A stretch of 64,000 nt of DNA. It comes from a virus. Lineage: Duplodnaviria; Heunggongvirae; Uroviricota; Caudoviricetes. Below are positions 29,783-38,831 of this stretch, piece by piece. The notes beneath the pieces are model-generated. The model ran no database searches. It was not told the DNA's origin and saw only the letters and a program-made list of their open reading frames with translations. Position 1 is the stretch's first letter, and every line of letters starts with the position of its first letter. The position numbers and the translations under genes are program-made. The stretch is taken from IMG/VR virus record IMGVR_UViG_3300008122_000001, positions 55,706 through 119,705 of that record. The stretch is one strand, 5' to 3'.

Positions 29783-30802
29783 TTACCCCACAATAACATA
29801 CAAAGTATTAATTAATAACTTCTCTGAAGAAGATAATGCATCATACTCCGCTTGTGTCATCTTCCTTATTGTTATATTAGTTAATCCATCTAATTTTAAT
29901 TTATCCGTAGCAGACATTAACCCCGTAGTAGTTGTAGTCGCATCTATTAACCCTAAATTAATCTTAGCCTGAGTCGGATTATTAGCCCCAGTACCTCCAC
30001 TACCAAGTGGTAACGCATTACTTAAAGTCAGTGAACTGACAGTACCACCAGTCAAAGGTAACTTACTATTATCAACTACAGTTATATTCGCACTACCATC
30101 AAAATTAACCCCATTAATAGTTCTAACAGTAGCTAACTTAGTAGCACTAGCAGCCAAAGTAGCAGTAGCTGCATTCCCAGTAGTATTCTGATTACCTACA
30201 GTATTAACACCAGGTAAATTAATATTACTACTACCATCAAAACTCACACCACCTATAGTTCTAGCAGTAGTTAATTTATCCGCACTACCTGAAGTAAGAG
30301 AACTAGAAGAACTACCCGTAGTATTCTGATTCAATACTGGTATCCTAGCAACAGGAATAACACCACTATTTATATTAGAACCATTTATACCATTAACATT
30401 TAAAACAACATTATCCGATCCAGTAAATAATACACTATCACTTACTATAGAACCACCTAACTCAATAGTCCTACCAGGAGTTAATACACTAGAACTACTA
30501 GCAACACCATTAACACCCAACTTACTTAACAATAAATTATCAATCTCTTGCTTAGTATAAGAATCACCACCTCCACTACCTCCTCCAGTAGAAGGAGATA
30601 ACTCCTCAATCTTACTTACAACAAAATCATAATCACTACCACTTATACTCACCTTATAAGTATCAACCAAATTCTTTAAACTCTTATACTCAGACAATAC
30701 AAAATCATCTGTACTTAATACTCCAGTCTCTTTAGGTTTTAACACAAAATTCTTAAAGATAACATAAGAAAAAGTAGTAGACGTTACAGTTATATTAGTC
30801 AT
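29783..30802 (-). CDS. tail/head fibre protein
   Basis: repeats TARTIGGVSFDGSSNI and TVRTINGVNFDGSANI; KLPLTGGT; TGLMSATDKLKLDG. Confidence 0.8.
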   Translation of the reverse strand: MTNITVTSTTFSYVIFKNFVLKPKETGVLSTDDFVLSEYKSLKNLVDTYKVSISGSDYDFVVSKIEELSPSTGGGSGGGDSYTKQEIDNLLLSKLGVNGVASSSSVLTPGRTIELGGSIVSDSVLFTGSDNVVLNVNGINGSNINSGVIPVARIPVLNQNTTGSSSSSLTSGSADKLTTARTIGGVSFDGSSNINLPGVNTVGNQNTTGNAATATLAASATKLATVRTINGVNFDGSANITVVDNSKLPLTGGTVSSLTLSNALPLGSGGTGANNPTQAKINLGLIDATTTTTGLMSATDKLKLDGLTNITIRKMTQAEYDALSSSEKLLINTLYVIVG

Positions 30803-30820
30803 TTTCCATCCCTATCTAAC

Positions 30821-30854
30821 AAAAAAGGACCCCTAATATTCACTAGAGATCCTT
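30821..30854 (-). terminator. intrinsic terminator after the first leftward gene
   Basis: minus strand AAGGATCTCTAG-loop-TTAGGGGTCCTT followed by TTTT. Confidence 0.7.
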
Positions 30855-30867
30855 CACCTAATTAATC

Positions 30868-31116
30868 CTACTCAATATCTTTCTTTTCCGTACTATCCTC
30901 TACTGGGAAAAACAAACCTATCTGAGGAATTATCCTCCCTAAATAAGTCAACACAGTTAATGCATAACCCCACCAAATATCATTATTAACATCTATTACA
31001 CCATTAGTATTTAAACTAGTAATCATAGAAATTAATAACGCAACAGTAGTAGCTAAAAAAGGAAGTAATACAGCGAAAGATTTATGAGCCTTTTGCCAAT
31101 TGTCTATTAACTTCAT
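30868..31116 (-). CDS. small two-TM holin-like protein
   Basis: MKLIDNWQKAHKS...two hydrophobic helices...GRIIPQ; GGAG RBS. Confidence 0.6.
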   Translation of the reverse strand: MKLIDNWQKAHKSFAVLLPFLATTVALLISMITSLNTNGVIDVNNDIWWGYALTVLTYLGRIIPQIGLFFPVEDSTEKKDIE

Positions 31117-31194
31117 TAATAAAATACTCCAAAAAAATTATACTCAAATTATTCACCTAATAACACCTCAAAAATAATGCTATTAGACAAAAAT

Positions 31195-31223
31195 CTTTTA
31201 ACATATTACCCCAATGTTGTCAA
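31195..31223 (-). promoter_or_regulatory. possible sigma70-type promoter for the leftward block
   Basis: minus strand TTGACA (31223-31218), 17 nt, TAAAAG (imperfect -10). Confidence 0.4.
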
Positions 31224-31269
31224 GAATTTTATTGTTATATTTTTTACGAAGTACAAATATAACAACATG

Positions 31270-31302
31270 CCACCCCCCTTCTTTTTAGCCCCCCACCCCC
31301 AC
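31270..31302. other. C-tract cluster (G-tracts on the minus strand)
   Basis: CCACCCCCCTTCTTTTTAGCCCCCCACCCCCAC in a strongly AT-rich background. Confidence 0.8.
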
Positions 31303-31334
31303 TTACTCATTTGAGAAATTGGTAAAAAAGATTA

Positions 31335-31446
31335 AATTTCCTCTCGAAAACTAGAATTTTTTTGAATTTCCTCTCGAAAACTAGAATTTTTTTGAATTTC
31401 CTCTCGAAAACTAGGATTTTTTTGAATTTTATTCGAGAGGACTAGG
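31335..31446. repeat. three tandem 30-bp direct repeats plus an inverted core
   Basis: AATTTCCTCTCGAAAACTAG(A/G)ATTTTTTTG at 31335, 31365 and 31395; then TCGAGAGG (reverse complement of CCTCTCGA) at 31433. Confidence 0.95.
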
Positions 31447-31571
31447 TTTTGTATGAGCGTGGTGTGACAATATGACCCTGGGGTATGGAAGAACTAGCCC
31501 CTACACCCTCTCGTCTTAAAAATATTCTAGTTTATTACTTAATGGTGTACTAGACACTAGGAATTACTATC

Positions 31572-31823
31572 ATGTTAAATTTAATTAAATCTTTCGTTAT
31601 GACTTTTGTTTCTGTTATTTTCGCTATTATCTCTGCTATTCGTGGTCCTATTCTTGTAGGTCTTGTTATCGGTGCTACTATCATGACATTCGCACGTACA
31701 GCTAGTGCTGCTACTGCACAACCTACATTTGTATCATTATCATTCAGTGAGACATTTGCTGTTGTTACAATAGCTCTTGCTCTTATGGGTGCAATCATAC
31801 TATTCGTTAAAGAATCTAACTAA
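31572..31823 (+). CDS. small membrane protein, first gene of the early block
   Basis: hydrophobic 83 aa; AGGAA RBS. Confidence 0.65.
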   Translation: MLNLIKSFVMTFVSVIFAIISAIRGPILVGLVIGATIMTFARTASAATAQPTFVSLSFSETFAVVTIALALMGAIILFVKESN

Positions 31824-31838
31824 TAAGGTAACATTACA

Positions 31839-32207
31839 ATGACATCATTCAATAAAGGAATCTTCAATATGATTACTATCTTCAACACAACTGGTCGTTC
31901 TCTTCTTTCTCATACTAACTTAGTTATTCATAACTTCCCTTTCTTTAAGGAAGAATTAATTACTCTTAGTAATGACCAAGTTAAACATGTGTTCAAAGAA
32001 ACAACTGCTACTGTTATTGTAGTAAAAGACGTAGTTGTTGGTGCTCGTGCTCATGCTGATAACCCTAACGCTGACATCTATGTGTTAACTAAAGACACAC
32101 ATTGCGTAACACTATTAGTTAAAGGTGTTAATGGCATTAAAGAAACAACAACAGTAACAACAGAAGACTATGTAATGTGTTCTTCTGAAATGATCACTTG
32201 GAAATAA
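31839..32207 (+). CDS. hypothetical protein
   Basis: TAAGG RBS; ends next to the RNAP start. Confidence 0.7.
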   Translation: MTSFNKGIFNMITIFNTTGRSLLSHTNLVIHNFPFFKEELITLSNDQVKHVFKETTATVIVVKDVVVGARAHADNPNADIYVLTKDTHCVTLLVKGVNGIKETTTVTTEDYVMCSSEMITWK

Positions 32208-32218
32208 GGAATACTACC

Positions 32219-35200
32219 ATGACTACTCAATCAAACAACGCAACAACTACCGCTACTACTAACAAAGGAAATACTACCATGACTATTAACACTCAATTAA
32301 ACGCTATCGGTTCTTCTCTAGCCACTATGAACAAACAAGAGAAAGACCTTGTAGCTGACTTCTTATCTGGTTCTACTGGCTTATCTACTGCATTACAAGC
32401 AGGTCTTAGTGCTTCTTTTGAGGTAGCTAAAGATAAAGGTCGTAAAGAACAAGCTAAACGTGCTAGTAAAGCATTAAGCCTAATAGTTGCACACCACATG
32501 ATTAATACTGTAGGTGGTAAAGATACATGGTTAGGTGACATCATATTCATAGCTGCTGTCCGTTCTTCTTTCTGGTGGAAAAATAAACCTAAAGAAGCTA
32601 AAGAAGGTGTTACTTATGGATCTCTTATTCGTACATCTTTAGAGAAAGTAGTAGGGGATAATGAAGAAGTTAATGAACGTTTTAACTCAGCATTACGTTT
32701 CTTCAAGAACTATGAAATATCTAAAGAAGAAGATGGTACAGAATCTTTGGTATATGTAACTATTAACAAAGAAACTAAACGTCGTGAAGTAGAAGAAATC
32801 AAAGAAGTACCTAAATCTAAGATTCAAGTATCTCTAACTCCTACTGGTATTCGTTTATATGTTAAATATAAATCCGTTATTACACCAATTAAAGGTCAAG
32901 AGTTCTTATTTGGTCGTAGTGCTCAACAAACTTATGGCACAAACGTTATCAACGAACACTTAGAAGATGTCCTGAAATCGATTCGTATTCACAATGAATA
33001 TGAAGAATATGTAGATGAATTAACATCTGATCGTACTATTACTAAGTTCCGTGATTATGCTTACAAGTTTAATCGTGAAGATGCTCTTATTATGTTGTTA
33101 TTATTGAAAGAAAATAATATTGATATTAAAGAACTATTCAAAATTAAACGTGAAGGTTCTAATAAGATCTTAGTATTATCTCGTAAAGAGAAAAACAAAG
33201 GTGTTAAATCACTTAATCGTGTTACTGTACCTGCTTATACCTTCAGTGCTAAATATGGTAAATCAGGTGTTGTATCTACTAACGATGCTAAAATGGGTTT
33301 TGTAACACCATTAGTAACTATTCCTCGTATGATTGAGTTCACATCTCATGAAGGAAAGGATATTGTACTATTACGTGAAAATGCTAACAAAATGGCATCT
33401 CGTTTCGATAAGCTAAATAATGCTAAACCAATATGGACTCGTATGCAAAAAGTGTTCATACCATTTGATGCAACTCCTTACCCTCTATTAAACCAAGCTT
33501 TGTTTGCTGGTAACATGTTAACACCTGATTCTATATTATTATCTGATGGTGCTTGCCGTGTTGTATCTGATATGGATCAAGGTGGTATTAAAACTTCTTA
33601 CACTCCATTCAAAGGTATTGATGAAGACCTACGGAAAGGTGATGTATGTGTTATCGGTGTAAATGGATTTAAAGGTGGTTTATTAGCTGCTATTGGATTA
33701 AATAAGGGTGATACTAATTATGTACCTAACTTATCTCGTTTAGTTGATGCTAATACATTAGTTGGTGTTGAACAGATTCCTGAATCTATTGTAGAACAAA
33801 TTCAATATGAATCTACAACTATTATTAACTACCTTTACAATGAATTGAAAAACAATCTAACTTCTATGAAAATTGGTAACGATATAGTAGAAGGTGTTAT
33901 GGTAACTGTAGAGTTAAAAGTTACAAACCCGTACACATTAGATACTTTACAATTCAATGAAGAAGAAGATGATACAGTTCTAGAAGGTACTAAAGCTATC
34001 GAAGAAACTAAAGATCAAATTGAAAATGTAATGGAAGAGATGGAATCAGGTATTCGTCCTTCTAATGGTATTCGTGCATATGTAGCTGAACAAAAAGCTG
34101 CTTCTGCTGATCTATTCTCTGTATATGAGTGGATGAAAGAAGGTCTTACTAATAATACGCTTAAAAAGAAAGCATTAACTACTAAGATCATTTCTCAAGA
34201 GATTCAGTCTATTGCTCATTGGGAAGGTAAAGATGTAGCTAAAGCATTCTTAAATGAATTACTAGATGAACAAAAAGAGCATGGTTTTTCTGTTAATAAG
34301 GTATATGCATACCAATTACTAGGATTCTATGATCGTATTTCTTTAAATACGATTCATTATCAAGATATTATCAGTATTCTTTTAGATTCTAATAAAGGTA
34401 TTGTAGAAGGTTCTCCAGTATACTTTAAAGAAACTATTAAAGAGATTTTAGAACTTATCTCTGTACATTCTGATTATGGTTGGTTAACTGTAGAGTTTTC
34501 TAATGGTTCTGTAGAGATTCCTATGGGAGCAATCTTTGTTGGTGATACTTTAGAACAAATGGAAGATGAAAAGTCTTATGTTATTGCTAAAGGATTACTA
34601 GCTGATCTATTAGAAGTTATTAAAACTACAGTTAGTGAAGAAGGTGTACCATACTTAGATAGTAAACATCATTTAATTATGGAAACTTTTGTTCAAAAAC
34701 CTTTACTAGGTAAAAACTTTGGTTATCAATTCACTAAAGGATACTATGGTGTTGCATTACCATTGATAGGTAACTATGGTATAACAACGATAGCAATAAC
34801 GAATCGTGATCGTATGGAAAAGAGTGATGATACTTGGATTCCTATGACATTCTCTAAGTCTCCTCAGTACTTTAAAGGTATGACAGCTACTTATAATGTT
34901 ATGGACTATAATCTAGGTCATGCTTTAAACTTAGTTATGGAATGTGCTGTATTCATTAATCCTGAGATGTTTGTATCTGTAGGTAATGACTTTGATGGTG
35001 ATTTAGGTCGTCTATCTAAAGGTAAAACACTTCCTTATGTATCTCTTAACTATAATGAGTTTAATGGTAACTTCTTCAAAGGTATGTATGAAGGTGAGTT
35101 AAACAGTAATAAGTTTAAAGTTAAAAAAGCTCAACAATGTTCTTTAGAAGAATACCACAATGCAATCTATGCAGCGGTGACAGCAAAGAATAACGTTGGT

Positions 35201-35800
35201 TCTTATACAGCTAACTCTTACTTTTATGAAGCAATGACTCCTAACTTAATAGGTAAATCATTCTTTGGAACTAAAGGTACTGAGGTTGTTGTTACTGAAC
35301 AATTATCTTATCGTTTAAATGCAATTCTTAAAATGTTAATTCAATTGGAAGCAATGGATAACATGAAACAAGAAGGTGCTAGTACTTTCATTACTGAGAT
35401 GTTGTTTAACTACAAGCTTCGTAATTTAAAAGAGAACTTCATTGAATCTCATTTAGAGGCTATTGTTAAAAACTTAATGTCATTAGTAATTAAAGTAGAC
35501 ATTGATCTAGATAAAGAAGAAGTAGAAGAGATTGTTCAATTAGCATACTATACTGCTATTACTTTCTCTAAAGAATCTACTGTTGCTTTCAATATCTATG
35601 GTGCTAGTAACATTAATACTAAAGCTTTAGCTAATGTTATGACTCACATTAATACAGATGAAGAACTTAATACCATGTATAACTTTAAAGACTCTTATGA
35701 AGCGATACTTAATGGTGTTGATACTGAATCTATGTATTATGAGATGATATTAGAAACTGGTACAGCATTAGAAGCTTGTAACTTCAATGTTCGTGCTTAA
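32219..35800 (+). CDS. single-subunit two-barrel DNA-dependent RNA polymerase (YonO-like class)
   Basis: catalytic GNDFDGDLG motif, preceding SKSPQYF at the RxP position, lysine motifs DQGGIKT and GFKGG; start moved from TTG 32198 to ATG 32219 (or 32279). Confidence 0.8.
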   Translation: MTTQSNNATTTATTNKGNTTMTINTQLNAIGSSLATMNKQEKDLVADFLSGSTGLSTALQAGLSASFEVAKDKGRKEQAKRASKALSLIVAHHMINTVGGKDTWLGDIIFIAAVRSSFWWKNKPKEAKEGVTYGSLIRTSLEKVVGDNEEVNERFNSALRFFKNYEISKEEDGTESLVYVTINKETKRREVEEIKEVPKSKIQVSLTPTGIRLYVKYKSVITPIKGQEFLFGRSAQQTYGTNVINEHLEDVLKSIRIHNEYEEYVDELTSDRTITKFRDYAYKFNREDALIMLLLLKENNIDIKELFKIKREGSNKILVLSRKEKNKGVKSLNRVTVPAYTFSAKYGKSGVVSTNDAKMGFVTPLVTIPRMIEFTSHEGKDIVLLRENANKMASRFDKLNNAKPIWTRMQKVFIPFDATPYPLLNQALFAGNMLTPDSILLSDGACRVVSDMDQGGIKTSYTPFKGIDEDLRKGDVCVIGVNGFKGGLLAAIGLNKGDTNYVPNLSRLVDANTLVGVEQIPESIVEQIQYESTTIINYLYNELKNNLTSMKIGNDIVEGVMVTVELKVTNPYTLDTLQFNEEEDDTVLEGTKAIEETKDQIENVMEEMESGIRPSNGIRAYVAEQKAASADLFSVYEWMKEGLTNNTLKKKALTTKIISQEIQSIAHWEGKDVAKAFLNELLDEQKEHGFSVNKVYAYQLLGFYDRISLNTIHYQDIISILLDSNKGIVEGSPVYFKETIKEILELISVHSDYGWLTVEFSNGSVEIPMGAIFVGDTLEQMEDEKSYVIAKGLLADLLEVIKTTVSEEGVPYLDSKHHLIMETFVQKPLLGKNFGYQFTKGYYGVALPLIGNYGITTIAITNRDRMEKSDDTWIPMTFSKSPQYFKGMTATYNVMDYNLGHALNLVMECAVFINPEMFVSVGNDFDGDLGRLSKGKTLPYVSLNYNEFNGNFFKGMYEGELNSNKFKVKKAQQCSLEEYHNAIYAAVTAKNNVGSYTANSYFYEAMTPNLIGKSFFGTKGTEVVVTEQLSYRLNAILKMLIQLEAMDNMKQEGASTFITEMLFNYKLRNLKENFIESHLEAIVKNLMSLVIKVDIDLDKEEVEEIVQLAYYTAITFSKESTVAFNIYGASNINTKALANVMTHINTDEELNTMYNFKDSYEAILNGVDTESMYYEMILETGTALEACNFNVRA

Positions 35801-35813
35801 TGTTATCTCAATC

Positions 35814-35847
35814 AGACTATATTAATTCGTTAGTATAGTCTTTTTTT
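35814..35847 (+). terminator. intrinsic terminator after the RNAP gene
   Basis: AGACTATATTAA-TTCG-TTAGTATAGTCT followed by TTTTTT. Confidence 0.8.
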
Positions 35848-35873
35848 ACATCTATTAAAAAAGGAATACCATC

Positions 35874-36596
35874 ATGAATAAATATCAACTTGTTATATCT
35901 TTAATTGAAGATATTAATAACTTCTCTGCTACTTACTTAACAGATCATGAAGAAGCAAAAGAAGAATACTCTCGCTTTACTAATGCTATTGAAGAAGCTC
36001 ATCTACATGGATTATATAATGAAGCTATTAGTTATTATAATTTTAAATATCTAATAGATTTACATGGAGAAAATGCAAGCTTCTTTATAAGAAGTATTAA
36101 GGAGTATAAAGGAACTCCAGAGTTAGCTAAACGGTTAATACAAATGGCTAATGGCTCTGAATTATTAGATTCTATTTTAGCTAAACCATCATGGGGTAGA
36201 AAAGAGTTATTATCTCTTCCTTATGGTAAAGAGTTAGCTGAAGAAATGGTAAAAATAAATAAAACAAACCTTGGTACTAAAGATATCGTTTACTTGTTAT
36301 TCGGTATTAAGTCTAAGGAATATGGTTTCACATACTATAATGAGTTTGTAGATATGATGAAACAACAAAAAACAATGATCAACAAAGAAGTTGCTCAACA
36401 ATTACTTAAATCTTTTTGGGAGAATACAAGAGATGACTACAAAACAAGTTCAATACTTTTTAACACTATTAAGTCTATTATTATTAGTCTTAATACTTCT
36501 TTAACAAATAACAACAGTACACAACAATTACGGATTAAGTTTATGGAAGAGTTCTTACGGATAACATTAAATGACTCCGTAAGAAGCACTCCGTAA
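35874..36596 (+). CDS. hypothetical protein
   Basis: 240 aa, AAGGA RBS. Confidence 0.75.
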   Translation: MNKYQLVISLIEDINNFSATYLTDHEEAKEEYSRFTNAIEEAHLHGLYNEAISYYNFKYLIDLHGENASFFIRSIKEYKGTPELAKRLIQMANGSELLDSILAKPSWGRKELLSLPYGKELAEEMVKINKTNLGTKDIVYLLFGIKSKEYGFTYYNEFVDMMKQQKTMINKEVAQQLLKSFWENTRDDYKTSSILFNTIKSIIISLNTSLTNNNSTQQLRIKFMEEFLRITLNDSVRSTP

Positions 36597-36969
36597 AAAG
36601 CTTATTATGTGTGGAAGTCAATTCCCCGCTAAAGAGTATTTAGTCACGTAATTGATTTAAGTCAACTCCCGACCTCGACCTACTAATTACTTTCGTTGTT
36701 GATTGTATGTTGGTTGTGTCGTAGGTCTCTGAGTTGTCAACGTTTGTTCTAATGGAGAGTACAATGAAAGCTTCGACTCCGTTTCCAGGTCAAGTGATCT
36801 GATGTATCACGTACTATGAAAGTTGTTAATGAAATAGTTGTAGGTGTTCGTTCCTCACAAAATGCTTTGTGGATTTACCTTAAGCAACTTAAGGGTATAA
36901 CACGACAAGCATCAATATTGGTTACTGTTTAGAGTCCTGGTATTGAATGTAAACCGATGGAGAGTTGTT

Positions 36970-37149
36970 ATGACTATTAATAAAGAATGGTATGATAAGG
37001 GTTATAAAGCTGGTTGTGAGTTTCTAGCTAAACAGTCTGATTCTGATATTATGTATTGGTTGACATTGTATGGTTGGGAAGGTGATGAGCCTGAATGCAT
37101 AGCTTTTGAAGAAGGCTTTGGTGCTGCATATGGTTGTGATGAGGATTGA
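36970..37149 (+). CDS. small hypothetical protein
   Basis: WYDKGYKAG...AFEEGF pattern; ATG 36970 preferred over TTG 36943. Confidence 0.6.
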   Translation: MTINKEWYDKGYKAGCEFLAKQSDSDIMYWLTLYGWEGDEPECIAFEEGFGAAYGCDED

Positions 37150-37484
37150 ATATGTATTATTTACAATATCTAAAAGATAAAGAGTTGTTTAAAGCAACTT
37201 TAAAAGGAGCTTATCTAAAAGTACATGATAATCCTTTAGATATCCAACTTTATAAAGCTGAAGCTAAACGTGTTTATGAAATAGGTGATCATTTATTTAC
37301 GGAATATAATAAATTAAAGCGTAAGTTTTGGTTGTTAGGAACTAAGCGTAAGGAAAATAAAGATAGAGTAGCAGAGTTAAAATCTTTGTTACAAGTCTTA
37401 GATTTCCATGCACGATGTCTTATGCTATTTCGTTATAATAATGAATGGAGAAATAATTATGACACTGATACAGATGAAGAATGA
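37146..37484 (+). CDS. hypothetical protein
   Basis: ORF coupled to both neighbours. Confidence 0.65.
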   Translation: MNMYYLQYLKDKELFKATLKGAYLKVHDNPLDIQLYKAEAKRVYEIGDHLFTEYNKLKRKFWLLGTKRKENKDRVAELKSLLQVLDFHARCLMLFRYNNEWRNNYDTDTDEE

Positions 37485-37686
37485 ATTAGATCTTATCTCA
37501 TTTGAGCGATCTATAGGTTATGGGTTTTCTGATTTATCAGTTGAAGGAGATCAGTATGAAGAAGGTTATTTACCAGATGAAGAAGACATTTGGTTATCAA
37601 AATACTATCATACTATTTCTTTATGGGAGTCATTAGATAGTAGTGATTTCTATTCTGATATTTGGGAAGATGGTTTACCATTCTAG
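37459..37686 (+). CDS. small acidic hypothetical protein
   Basis: GGAG RBS before ATG 37459. Confidence 0.6.
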   Translation: MTLIQMKNELDLISFERSIGYGFSDLSVEGDQYEEGYLPDEEDIWLSKYYHTISLWESLDSSDFYSDIWEDGLPF

Positions 37687-37695
37687 GGGTGAATT

Positions 37696-37803
37696 ATGTA
37701 TTATGTCCTGGATAATGGTATAGTAATAGGATCATATAAATATCTTAAAGATGCTGAAGAAGTATCTAAAGGTATATATGAAATATTTTATAGTTTAAGA
37801 TAA
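37696..37803 (+). CDS. 35-aa ORF missing from the track (MYYVLDNGIVIGSYKYLKDAEEV...)
   Basis: AGGGG RBS; fills the gap between genes. Confidence 0.5.
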   Translation: MYYVLDNGIVIGSYKYLKDAEEVSKGIYEIFYSLR

Positions 37804-37814
37804 GGGGGGTAATA

Positions 37815-38021
37815 ATGAAACCATCTATTATCAAAAAAGAGGATAAAGTCTTTCTAGCTGTTCCTCCTAGTATCATTATATTCTTATTTCGTCATAAGAA
37901 AATAGATAAAAAAGATATAGTAATACTTGAACATATCGAGTATCTAAATATGGAAAAGTTATCTGATCCTGATTTACAAGCACATTTACTTAGAAATCCT
38001 CTTATAACTAAAGTTGATTAA
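37815..38021 (+). CDS. hypothetical protein
   Basis: AAGGGGG RBS. Confidence 0.7.
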   Translation: MKPSIIKKEDKVFLAVPPSIIIFLFRHKKIDKKDIVILEHIEYLNMEKLSDPDLQAHLLRNPLITKVD

Positions 38022-38063
38022 TAATTTATACCATTATTTATATGATGGTATATGTAATTAATT
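38016..38063 (+). promoter_or_regulatory. early hairpin element 1
   Basis: GATTAAT/ATTAATT lower stem, AATT/TGTA loop, TATACCATTA/TGATGGTATA upper stem. Confidence 0.85.
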
Positions 38064-38076
38064 ACAGGAGACACTA

Positions 38077-38472
38077 ATGTCTACATTAACAATTGAATTT
38101 CGAGATAATACAATAATTGCTTCTGAAGTTGTGTTTCTTGATGAGGAAATAGAACGTACAGTTGCTAATGCATTTCGTTTTGCATTAAAGGCTTATCTTT
38201 ATTATAAAGATTATCGTCTATTAGATTTCTCTGGGCATAGTGGTATTAATCATCAGACGGTATCTCGTCAACTTGGTGCTACTAAAAGTGTTACACAAGC
38301 TATAAACCATCAAATGGCATTAGATGTGTGTGCATACTATAGTGTTCAGTTTGAATATCTGTATGTAATAGCTGAACAGTTTGTAAAAAACCCTGAGTAT
38401 AACTCTATATCTTTTAAAGAAGATGGTACTGTTATATTTCTTAAGGCATTTAAATTACGCTTTGGAGATTAA
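38077..38472 (+). CDS. putative XRE-like HTH protein
   Basis: YRLLDFSGHSGINHQTVSRQL helix-turn-helix pattern. Confidence 0.45.
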   Translation: MSTLTIEFRDNTIIASEVVFLDEEIERTVANAFRFALKAYLYYKDYRLLDFSGHSGINHQTVSRQLGATKSVTQAINHQMALDVCAYYSVQFEYLYVIAEQFVKNPEYNSISFKEDGTVIFLKAFKLRFGD

Positions 38473-38473
38473 T

Positions 38474-38761
38474 ATGGATAAGCAAGCTGCAATAGATTAT
38501 CTAAATACAGTATTACCTTTTGGTGATAATGGTGAAGATCATCAATGTGAGTTAGATGGTAACAATATTCCAAATATGAATAAGTTACTTGAAATACTCA
38601 AAGATGGTTTTGGTTATTTAGCAATTAGTGCTTATGATCCTAACCTAGGTGAAGGACTAATCTTTGTAAATATGTCTAGAACAGGTGACGAATATATTAC
38701 AGTAACTCCTTGTACGCTTAATTTTAAGCTTATGGAAGCTATATATTCAATTCTATCTTAG
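38474..38761 (+). CDS. hypothetical protein
   Basis: GGAG RBS before ATG 38474. Confidence 0.7.
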   Translation: MDKQAAIDYLNTVLPFGDNGEDHQCELDGNNIPNMNKLLEILKDGFGYLAISAYDPNLGEGLIFVNMSRTGDEYITVTPCTLNFKLMEAIYSILS

Positions 38762-38808
38762 ATTAACAATTTATACCTATTCAAGTTAGTAGGTATATGT
38801 GGTTAATT
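38761..38808 (+). promoter_or_regulatory. early hairpin element 2
   Basis: GATTAAC/GTTAATT, AATT/TGTG, TATACCTATT/AGTAGGTATA. Confidence 0.85.
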
Positions 38809-38831
38809 AGTTCAATAAAAGGAAAAGAAGT

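Noticed and set aside
4407-29972. Plus-strand ORFs in the late block (4407, 5626, 6248, 8796, 9717, 11133, 13139, 14710, 18718, 21410, 22208, 28169, 28582, 29778)
   Set aside because: They are antisense shadows of well-supported minus-strand genes, with no RBS or recognisable motifs.
31335-31424. CRISPR array
   Set aside because: The 30-bp units are contiguous tandem repeats with no unique spacers, and there are no cas genes in the window.
32198-32218. TTG start for the RNAP as given in the ORF track
   Set aside because: It overlaps the upstream gene end and contains the AAGGA RBS for ATG 32219, which is the better start.
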